From: Acidobacteriota bacterium
GTDB taxonomy: Bacteria > Acidobacteriota > UBA6911 > RPQK01 > JAJDTT01
DNA: 64,000 nucleotides
Assembly (NCBI GenBank): GCA_965217775.1
Contig: CBDCJH010000002.1
Span: forward strand, 5,824,001 to 5,888,000
Direction of reading: 5' to 3'
The notes beneath the pieces are model-generated. The model worked only from the letters and a program-made list of their open reading frames with translations, was not told the origin of the DNA and did not search any database. The position numbers and the translations under genes were made by a program. Of this stretch, positions 28,552 to 35,806 are shown piece by piece (the first letter of the stretch is position 1; every line of letters begins with the position of its first letter).

Positions 28552-28580
28552 CGTTCCCCCCGCACAGGCGGGGATGGACG
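28552..28580 (+). CRISPR. solitary type I-E-like CRISPR repeat (not an array)
   Basis: CGTTCCCCCCGCACAGGCGGGGATGGACG has the GTTCCCCGC-N4-GCGGGGAT stem-loop of I-E repeats. No second copy and no cas genes seen. Confidence 0.4.
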
Positions 28581-28633
28581 ATGAGTTCTTCATCGCCGCT
28601 CTGATTTGGTCGGTTTCCTCTGATGGACACTCT

Positions 28634-28661
28634 ACGTCCGTTAACTGTAATTAACGGACGC
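28634..28661. other. dif-like site 3 (ACGTCCGTTAA-CTGTAA-TTAACGGACGC)
   Basis: Perfect 10-bp inverted repeat with a 6-bp spacer; arm TTAACGGAC resembles TTATCGGAC of site 2. Confidence 0.55.
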
Positions 28662-28737
28662 TCTCCCTTGATCCGTAGACTTCCGTTTTGGGAATCGGCC
28701 TTGTCAATGGCCATTGACACTTTATTGCAGGGGGGAG

Positions 28738-28822
28738 TGCGAAAGGGGGGACTCGAACCCCCACGGGGAGTAACCCCACCAGATCCTAAATCTGGCGCGT
28801 CTGCCAATTCCGCCACTTTCGC
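28738..28822 (-). tRNA. trnL: tRNA-Leu(TAG)
   Basis: GCGAAAG acceptor stem, anticodon arm CCAGA-TTTAGGA-TCTGG, long variable arm, GGTTCGAGTCC T-loop; CCA not encoded. Confidence 0.96.
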
Positions 28823-28917
28823 TGAAAAAAACATTCTAACGCAAGCGCACGATCTACAAGGGCGGCTGCCTGCTGCGGGCGGAGCGCCGTGTGATATTCT
28901 CCACTTCTCGGTCGTGG

Positions 28918-28994
28918 CGGGGCATGGCGCAGTCTGGTAGCGCGCCTGCTTTGGGAGCAGGAAGTCGGGGGTTCAAATCCCTCTGCCCCGACCA
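28918..28994 (+). tRNA. trnP: tRNA-Pro(TGG)
   Basis: CGGGGCA...TGCCCCG ACCA; anticodon arm CCTGC-TTTGGGA-GCAGG; GGTTCAAATCC T-loop. Confidence 0.97.
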
Positions 28995-29082
28995 TTTTCC
29001 CGGAGTTGAGCGTCCAACGACCTGACCTCATCGGCGTACCGGCCGCGCTTATCTCAAGTGACATCGTCGTAGGAAGAATATT

Positions 29083-30561
29083 GTGAGACCCGCTTCGTTC
29101 CTGTGCTGCCTGTCTCTTCTCATCCTCTCGGCGCCGCCGGCGACTTTGGCCGTTGCGAAATGGTTGCCGGAACCGGCGGGAGAGCCTCGCCTGGTCCATA
29201 TTGGTCAAAGGGTCGGAGGCTGGGGCCGCATGGGGTCCCTCTTTCTCCATGACGAACACCTGGTCGCCCGGTCACGGGGCCTGCAGCCTGTCATGGGAAC
29301 GGTCAGGAAGCATCCCGAGAACCCGATCCTCGTGGCCGATCGTCCCTGGGAGGCCGGTTCCGTCGGGTACGCCTGCGTCATCTACGACGGTGAGGAGAAG
29401 CTCTACAAGATGTGGTATGAGTCCCGTCTCAACCCGGGACAGCTCAGCGGTCCCAACCTGGAGCAGGGGCGCTGCCTTTACGCCACCTCCCGAGATGGGT
29501 TGGTCTGGGAGAAACCGATCCTCGGAATCGTCGAAAGCCAAGGTTCCCGGGAGAACAACATCGTCTTCGCCGGTCCGGAAGGGGCTCGCAACAAGGTCTA
29601 CTGGGTCATCAAGGATCGAGCCGACCCGGATCCGGCCAGACGCTACAAGATGATGTTTCATCTCTGGGACCTTCGGGGCCGCGGCGTGGGCATTGCCTTC
29701 TCGGCGGACGGTCTGCACTGGAAGACGGACGCCCGGGTGAACCTTCACGGGGGATTCGACACCCACAACATCTTTTTCTGGGATCACCGGGTGGGACAAT
29801 ACGTGGGCTATTTCCGAACCCGATTGCTGGGACGGCGGTTCATCGCCCGCGCCACGAGTCCCGATGCCTTCCACTGGTCTCTTCCGGTGAGCGTCCATGG
29901 TCCCGACGATCGCGACCCCCACGACTTCGACCTCTATACCCCAGGCGTCTTCAAATACAGCCGCGCCGCGGACACTTATGTCCTTTACACCGCGGCCTTC
30001 GATCGGGCTGCCGACCGGCTCTTCGGTCAGTTGGCGGTCAGCCGGGATGGAATCGACTGGCACCGGTTTCGTGCTCCTTTCCTGCCCTTGGGTTCGAAGG
30101 GGGATTGGGATGCCGGGTCGATTTATCCCGCACCCTCCCAGGTCTCCATCGGGGACGACACCGCCATCTACTATCGGGGCGATCATGTCGGTCACGGAAC
30201 CGGAGGCCGGCCCGGCATCGGTGTGGCGTTTCTGGACGAAGGCGGATTCGTCGCTTGGGAGGCCGAGACCCGGGGGACTCTCACCACCCATCTGTTGGCA
30301 GTCGGAGGAAGACGGGAGTCCCTCTACGTGAACGGGGATGCTTCCGGGGGATCGATCCGCGCCGAATTGCTCGATGTGGACGGGGAGGTCATTCCAGGCT
30401 TCTCCAGGCAGGAAAGCGACCCCATCAGCGGAAGGGGCTCGCAGTTGTTGATCCAGTGGAAGGGAAAGCCCAGATTGGGTGACGCCGTGCTGGAACCATT
30501 TCGCCTCAAGCTGTATCTGGAACGGGCGCGAGTCTATGGCCTCGGGTGTGCCCGGCCTTGA
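29083..30561 (+). CDS. secreted five-bladed beta-propeller, glycoside-hydrolase-like protein
   Basis: Signal peptide; repeated S-x-D-G-x-x-W boxes (TSRDGLVW, SADGLHW, SRDGIDW); paralogous to 55208..56704. Confidence 0.7.
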   Translation: MRPASFLCCLSLLILSAPPATLAVAKWLPEPAGEPRLVHIGQRVGGWGRMGSLFLHDEHLVARSRGLQPVMGTVRKHPENPILVADRPWEAGSVGYACVIYDGEEKLYKMWYESRLNPGQLSGPNLEQGRCLYATSRDGLVWEKPILGIVESQGSRENNIVFAGPEGARNKVYWVIKDRADPDPARRYKMMFHLWDLRGRGVGIAFSADGLHWKTDARVNLHGGFDTHNIFFWDHRVGQYVGYFRTRLLGRRFIARATSPDAFHWSLPVSVHGPDDRDPHDFDLYTPGVFKYSRAADTYVLYTAAFDRAADRLFGQLAVSRDGIDWHRFRAPFLPLGSKGDWDAGSIYPAPSQVSIGDDTAIYYRGDHVGHGTGGRPGIGVAFLDEGGFVAWEAETRGTLTTHLLAVGGRRESLYVNGDASGGSIRAELLDVDGEVIPGFSRQESDPISGRGSQLLIQWKGKPRLGDAVLEPFRLKLYLERARVYGLGCARP

Positions 30562-30647
30562 CCGGTCGATAATGTAGGCTGGCCGGAGATAAGGAACGGG
30601 AACCGATTGCGGGCGGCTGTCGGCAACAGAACTCCGGGGAGGGAGCT

Positions 30648-31442
30648 TTGAACGTCGATCTCAAGAATCAGGTGGCCTTGGTCACCGGAGGGGCCAAGGG
30701 CATCGGGAAGGCCATTTCCAGGCTTCTGGCAGCCAACGGCGCTCGCGTGGCCATCGTGGATATCGATCTGGATGCGGCCGAGGAAACGGCCGCCGGGCTC
30801 CGGGAATCCGGAGGAGAGGCGTTGGCCATCGAGGGGGACGTGAGTCGCTCCGGGCAGATGGACCGAGCCGTCCAGCGGATCGTGGAGGAATGGGGGAAGC
30901 TCTCGATTCTGGTCAACAACGCCGGAATCAACACCCTCGGAGGCCGGGTGCCTATTCACGAGTTCCGGGAAGAAGACTGGAGCCGGATCCTGGAGGTAGA
31001 TCTGACCGGCGTCTACGTCGCCACCAAGGCTGCGGTCCCTGCCCTGCTCCGCAACCGTGGGGGGCGGATCGTGAACATCTCGTCCGTCGCCGGCCTGGTG
31101 CCGTTGCGCCTGCAGAGCGCTTTCGTCGCGGCCAAGGCGGGAGTGGTCAATCTGACGCGCTCCATGGCACTGGAGCTGGGTCCTTCCGGCATTCTGGTCA
31201 ACGCGGTGGCGCCCGGTTCCACCCTGACGCGGGGAACGAAGAAACTCTTCTACGGCGCCGATGGCGTCTACACGGAGAATGCTGCGAGCCTGCTGGCCCA
31301 TATTCCTCTGGGCCGGCCGGCGAAAACCCGGGAAATCGCCTGGCCGGTGCTCTTCCTGGTTTCGCCGGAAGCGAGCTATATCAATGGAGCGGTCCTGACG
31401 GTCGATGGTGGATGGACCGCCGGATATACTCGAGACTGGTAG
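30648..31442 (+). CDS. SDR family oxidoreductase
   Basis: TGGAKGIG, VNNAG, VNISS and VNAVAPG motifs; FVAAK replaces YxxxK. Confidence 0.92.
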   Translation: MNVDLKNQVALVTGGAKGIGKAISRLLAANGARVAIVDIDLDAAEETAAGLRESGGEALAIEGDVSRSGQMDRAVQRIVEEWGKLSILVNNAGINTLGGRVPIHEFREEDWSRILEVDLTGVYVATKAAVPALLRNRGGRIVNISSVAGLVPLRLQSAFVAAKAGVVNLTRSMALELGPSGILVNAVAPGSTLTRGTKKLFYGADGVYTENAASLLAHIPLGRPAKTREIAWPVLFLVSPEASYINGAVLTVDGGWTAGYTRDW

Positions 31443-31470
31443 CTTTACAGTAGAGACGGAGATATTGCAG

Positions 31471-31887
31471 ATGGCCAAGATCACCGAGTTCCGGGGATAT
31501 CAGGGGGAGCCGCCGATTCCGAAGCCGGACGAATTGGTGGAGCCCAATATCGTCACGGTGCAGGATGGCGTTCCCGTCAAGTACCCGGGTTGCGAGGGAA
31601 TCGGTGTCCGCGTGGTGCATCCTTCCAATCCCAAGGCTCCGGCCGAGAACATGGGAATGGTCATGTTCTTCGTTCCGCCCCACGTGGTCCTGGGCGTGGG
31701 CAGTCACCATACCGAGGAGTGCTACGTCATCCTGAAGGGGCAGGGGACCATGACGTTGGCGGGCGAACAGGTCCCGGTGAGTGCGGGAACCTTCATCCAT
31801 CTGCCGCCTTGGTGTGAGCATGGCGTCGAGAACACGGGAGATGAGACGATGGAGATCCTCATCTGCACCTCTCCTCCCAATCCCTAG
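31471..31887 (+). CDS. cupin domain protein
   Basis: SHHTEECYVILKG and PPWCEHGVEN motifs. Confidence 0.85.
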   Translation: MAKITEFRGYQGEPPIPKPDELVEPNIVTVQDGVPVKYPGCEGIGVRVVHPSNPKAPAENMGMVMFFVPPHVVLGVGSHHTEECYVILKGQGTMTLAGEQVPVSAGTFIHLPPWCEHGVENTGDETMEILICTSPPNP

Positions 31888-31913
31888 ACCTTGAGACTAC
31901 TCCTGGAGGAATT

Positions 31914-32324
31914 ATGAAAGTTCTGGAACACGTGGCAGTCGTGGCGGACGATCCCGAAAGCTTGGCGGACTGGTATTGCGAAAAGCTTGGATTCGAGCTC
32001 TTGTCCAAAGGGACCGTTGTGCTTGGGGACACGGAGATCTCCTATCACTTTCTGGGCCTGTCGGGTGGAGCCTTGCTTGAGATCCTCAATTCCAATGGAA
32101 AGGCCCGGACCCGGAAAGAGGACGACGACGCCGGAATTCGGCACATCGCATTCCTGGTGGAGGACATGGACGTCTCTTGCCGGGACCTGCGGGAGAAGGG
32201 GATTGAAGTCGGCCCGACGCGGGAGCTGCCGAACGGCACCAAGCTGGTCTTCTTCCGGGATCCGGAGGGAAATATCCTGCAACTCGTCTATCGCACGGCG
32301 CCCGTCCGGCCCTGGCTGGCGTGA
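31914..32324 (+). CDS. VOC/glyoxalase family protein
   Basis: EHVAVV, WYCEKLGF, HIAFLVED and FFRDPEGN motifs; GGAGG RBS. Confidence 0.92.
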   Translation: MKVLEHVAVVADDPESLADWYCEKLGFELLSKGTVVLGDTEISYHFLGLSGGALLEILNSNGKARTRKEDDDAGIRHIAFLVEDMDVSCRDLREKGIEVGPTRELPNGTKLVFFRDPEGNILQLVYRTAPVRPWLA

Positions 32325-32379
32325 CAAGCCCGGTCCGGTAACGGGAATCCGCCCGCGCGAGTCCACCTGCGCGGTAATC

Positions 32380-33441
32380 TCAGCTTCCGGTCCAGGAACG
32401 GTAGGCGGCCAGTCCGACCAGGGCGTTGCAGGTGGTGTTGAGCCGGAGGTCCAGAGACTGGTCCGGTTTTCCACCGCCCACGGCGTCGCCCCACCACTGC
32501 CCGTCTGGCTGCTGGCGCCGGATCAGATAGGCGGCAATCCGCCACGCCGCCCTCCGGTAGCGATCCTCGGGAGACACCTGGTACAGCTCGGTGAGGCCCC
32601 ACAGGAATTTGTGGGATTCCACGCAGTCGTAGATCCCGTCTCTGCCGTTTAGGACGGAATCCGTGTAGTTCCTGGCCGCCTCGAGATAGCGGTTCTCCCG
32701 GGTCAGCCGATAGAGCCGCACCAACAGCACCTGGACCGGCCCCAGCCGCGCAGGTCGCTGTTTTAGCCCGTTGCGGTCCACATAGTCCCTGCTGGTCCGT
32801 TCCAGGAGCAGCTTTTGGCTACCATCCTTCCTTCGGTTGGCTGCCAGGTAGATTCCTTCCTCCGGGTGGGGCTGAAGCTTCAACAGATCGATGAGGAAAT
32901 CACCCGCACGTCGAGCGGCGGAAACGTGACGGGTGGAGAGGAGCCCCAGACCGGCGAATCCGGCGGTCATTGCGTGCTGGACGCCCGTTCCCTCGCTGAG
33001 GTCCGCCCCCCTGTCCAGGAAACCGCCTTTCTCCCGGTCCTGATAGGCGAGGATGTCCTCGGCGAGTGGGAAGGCGATGTCGTACCGGCCACAGATCCCG
33101 GCGCCCCAGACCAGCCAGCCCCGATCATAGGTGTTGGTGAACCGGGACGCCTCCTGCTCCGGCGGAATCGCCAGTTGGCCGCGGTCTCCGAGGAAACGGG
33201 AGGCAAACCAGTCGAGACAGGGCAACGCCGCGTCGAAAGCGCCGTTGACGGCGAGGCTGCCGGGAACCTTGTAGTAGAGGGAAGCGTAGTCCGAATCCAG
33301 AAAGCTTCCCCGCTTGTCCATCAGGGATCGGAGCCAGCGGCATGCCGACTTAAGGCTCTCGGACAACTGGTAATCGTCTGGAAATCGGCTTCGTTCCCTT
33401 ACTTCCAATGGAGACTCGATACGGGGACGCCGTTTGCCCAC
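32380..33441 (-). CDS. hypothetical protein, probable (alpha/alpha)-barrel
   Basis: Long coherent ORF with QW-like motifs (RQQPDGQW, YQDREKGGF) and RYLEAA helices. Start is uncertain. Confidence 0.6.
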   Translation of the reverse strand: MGKRRPRIESPLEVRERSRFPDDYQLSESLKSACRWLRSLMDKRGSFLDSDYASLYYKVPGSLAVNGAFDAALPCLDWFASRFLGDRGQLAIPPEQEASRFTNTYDRGWLVWGAGICGRYDIAFPLAEDILAYQDREKGGFLDRGADLSEGTGVQHAMTAGFAGLGLLSTRHVSAARRAGDFLIDLLKLQPHPEEGIYLAANRRKDGSQKLLLERTSRDYVDRNGLKQRPARLGPVQVLLVRLYRLTRENRYLEAARNYTDSVLNGRDGIYDCVESHKFLWGLTELYQVSPEDRYRRAAWRIAAYLIRRQQPDGQWWGDAVGGGKPDQSLDLRLNTTCNALVGLAAYRSWTGS

Positions 33442-33518
33442 GGCAGCACATTGGTGTCGACCTTGGGCGACTTCGGTTTTCTCACTTCGGTAACAACATT
33501 CATTTCGAGGACATGCAT
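33399..33518 (-). pseudogene. vapC: truncated VapC/PIN toxin
   Basis: MHVLEMNVVTEVRK...DTNVLPWA resembles MYLLDTNVISELRK; stops after 39 aa; start overlaps the antitoxin stop (TGATG). Confidence 0.7.
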
Positions 33519-33775
33519 CAGGACAAGTCCACTGTACCGAACATCTTGCCCTTCAGACGCGGCGGGTCGAAATCGATGTCGGCGGCCTGTGGCATGGCCA
33601 ACAACTCGACGACGGTCGCTTCCTTGTCGGTGATCTTGAGATAGGATTCGATGGTCAACAAAACATGGGTGACACGGCCGCGGTCGGTGATGAAGACCGG
33701 TCCCGTCGCCGCGCACCGTTTGGCCTTACTCACGTCTTGAATGAATTCTCTACTGGTAAAAGTCGTGATCCCCAC
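33518..33775 (-). CDS. Phd/YefM family antitoxin
   Basis: TTFTSREFIQDVSKAKR...GPVFITDRG...HVLLTIE...DIDFDPPR. Confidence 0.85.
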   Translation of the reverse strand: MGITTFTSREFIQDVSKAKRCAATGPVFITDRGRVTHVLLTIESYLKITDKEATVVELLAMPQAADIDFDPPRLKGKMFGTVDLS

Positions 33776-33803
33776 TGGCTGAGGCTCCAATATTTCAGTT
33801 CGT

Positions 33804-33824
33804 TGTAGGAATGTTACGACTACA
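33804..33824. promoter_or_regulatory. putative antitoxin operator
   Basis: TGTAG-N11-CTACA inverted repeat in AT-rich DNA just upstream of the antitoxin start. Confidence 0.45.
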
Positions 33825-33858
33825 TTTGTCGCACGGCATCTCCTCCAGGTGGAGGCAC

Positions 33859-35550
33859 TCAGTCTCCGTCCCAGGCCTTCGGTGCGATGCCGTCGATGTG
33901 GGTCTTCACGTCGATCACGGCGGGCCGGTTCGAGTCCAACGCCTGCTCCAGAGCGCCGGCCAACTCGCTCGGCTTGTTGACCTGGATTCCGAAGCAGCCC
34001 ATCGACTCGGCGATCTTTGCAAAGTCGGCGTCGGTGAGCCTCCAGAGCAGATCGGATCCCGGCTGGCGCCCGCCATAGATCCTTTCGTTGAGATCCTTCT
34101 CCTGGTTCAGTGAGGCGTTGTTGTTGATCAGCGTCACCGTGTGGATTCCATGGCGGAGCGCCGTGTCCCACTCCGTCATGTGGTACCAGACACCGCCGTC
34201 TCCGGTGAAGCAGACGACGGGCCGGTCGCCGGCGGCGCACTTGGCGCCGATGGCCGCCGGAATGCCCCATCCCAGGGATCCGGCACAGCGGATGTAGGAT
34301 TGAGTCGGCGACGTCAGGTCCACCATGGTTCCGGTCCAGATGCCCGAGTGCCCGGTGTCGGACACGAGGATGGCGTCGTCCGGCAGCAGCCGGGTCAGCT
34401 CCTTGCACAGCCGTTCCGGCAGCATGGGGAGGAGATCGGAGTTGGCCAAGGGCGCCACCTCCTCCTGCCACTCCCGGACCAGTTGATGAACGCGGGCGAT
34501 CCATCCGGCGCGGGACCGGGACAGCTCCGAGGACTCGACGCCGCTGCAGTGGGCCAGCATCTTGCGCAGTCCGGCCCGGGCGTCGCCCTGCATGCCCACC
34601 GAAATGGGGAAGGATCGTCCCAGCTCGGCCGGATCGATGTCGAGTTGGACGACCCGGGTTCCGGGCCGGGGGATCCGCCAGTCGTTGGTGACCTGGCCGC
34701 CAGTGTGACTACCCACGAAGAAGACCAGATCCGCTTCGGCCAGGGCCCGGTTCGCGCAGGCGCGGGAGTACTGGCCCGAAACGCCGACGCACAGCGGGTG
34801 GTCGAAGGGGAAGGTCTCCTTGGCGTTCAGTGAGGTGATGACGGGAAGCTGAAGCCGTTCCGAGAGTTCCACCAGTTCCTGGCCGGCCCCGGAGACGGTC
34901 ACGCCGCCCCCCGCTACCACAATGGGCCGTCGGGCCTTGACCAGCTGTTCGATGGCGTCGAGCACCGGCGCCAATTCCGGCTCGGGGCGAAAGGGCGGGA
35001 TCTGGGTGAAGGGCTCCTCGACCACGATCTCCAGGTCGGCCTCGCCGCTCATCACCTCTCCGCCGAAGATTCCCCACAACTCCAGGTTGGTGGGTCGAGG
35101 CGTCCCAGTCGTGGCCTCCCGAATGGCTTGGCGCAGGAAGCGGGGAAAGTGGTCGACCGCGGTGACTGCCATGCTGTATTTGGTCACGGCGGCGAAGGGT
35201 CCTGTGTGCTCCACCTCCTGGTAGGCGTTTCTGTCCTGACGGATCTGCGGAAGCCGCCCCGTCAGCGCGACGACGGGCGAACAGCCCAGATAGGCGTCCT
35301 GGAGTCCGGCCGCCAGATTCAGAGCGCCCACCGATTGGGCGCCACAAACCCCGATCCCCCGGCGGACCCGGGCGTAGCCGTCGGCCATGTAGGCCGCCGC
35401 CTTCTCACCGTGGGTCATGATTCTGGAGATCCCCATCCGCTCCATTTCCGGCATGGCCTCGGGTATGACCACGGGCATGAAGAAGAAGTGTGTGACGCCG
35501 TACCCGTGCAGGGTCTCGGCCAGAAAGCGGGCTCCCGTCATCGTCGCCAT
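33859..35550 (-). CDS. thiamine-pyrophosphate-dependent enzyme (acetolactate synthase-like)
   Basis: THGEKAAAYMADGYAR and TPP motif GDGG...NN. Confidence 0.92.
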   Translation of the reverse strand: MATMTGARFLAETLHGYGVTHFFFMPVVIPEAMPEMERMGISRIMTHGEKAAAYMADGYARVRRGIGVCGAQSVGALNLAAGLQDAYLGCSPVVALTGRLPQIRQDRNAYQEVEHTGPFAAVTKYSMAVTAVDHFPRFLRQAIREATTGTPRPTNLELWGIFGGEVMSGEADLEIVVEEPFTQIPPFRPEPELAPVLDAIEQLVKARRPIVVAGGGVTVSGAGQELVELSERLQLPVITSLNAKETFPFDHPLCVGVSGQYSRACANRALAEADLVFFVGSHTGGQVTNDWRIPRPGTRVVQLDIDPAELGRSFPISVGMQGDARAGLRKMLAHCSGVESSELSRSRAGWIARVHQLVREWQEEVAPLANSDLLPMLPERLCKELTRLLPDDAILVSDTGHSGIWTGTMVDLTSPTQSYIRCAGSLGWGIPAAIGAKCAAGDRPVVCFTGDGGVWYHMTEWDTALRHGIHTVTLINNNASLNQEKDLNERIYGGRQPGSDLLWRLTDADFAKIAESMGCFGIQVNKPSELAGALEQALDSNRPAVIDVKTHIDGIAPKAWDGD

Positions 35551-35721
35551 AGGAAAGGGTCTCCCCGAATGCGCTCTGCCGATCTCAGCTTGGGACACGC
35601 TTCGATCGGACGGGTTGATGGCACAGGTATGTCGGGCTCAGTCTACTACGCGCCCGTGGTCAAAGTCGCCGCGGCCCAAGGCTGGCCCGGCGTCCGGGAG
35701 GTAGGCTTCATCCTGAAACGG

Positions 35722-35750
35722 GAGCGGGCAACCACCAGGGTTGCCCGTTC
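35722..35750 (-). terminator. hairpin after first FecR/DUF6600-type gene
   Basis: GAGCGGGCAACC-ACCAG-GGTTGCCCGTTC; paralog at 38313. Confidence 0.55.
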
Positions 35751-35806
35751 TTGTCTGCATGTTCGACGCCGCGCGCTGCCACGCGGCCCGGGGGATTCCA
35801 GAATCG

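Larger units (their letters stand above)
21873..28738. mobile_element. putative recombinase-associated island / cassette platform abutting the tRNA-Leu 3' end
   Basis: Integrase, three related dif-like sites, unrelated cargo genes, gene fragments and an adjacent tRNA. Left boundary is uncertain and may include 20758-21669. Confidence 0.55.

Noticed and set aside
22857-28633. Classical integron (IntI plus attC sites)
   Set aside because: No IntI-specific insertion is evident in the recombinase, and no RYYYAAC...GTTRRRY attC hairpins were seen between genes.
28400-28700. CRISPR array
   Set aside because: Only one repeat-like unit; no periodic spacers and no cas genes.
28382-29259. ORFs 28382..28834, 28623..28940 and 28786..29259
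   Set aside because: They overlap the two tRNA genes and are spurious translations.
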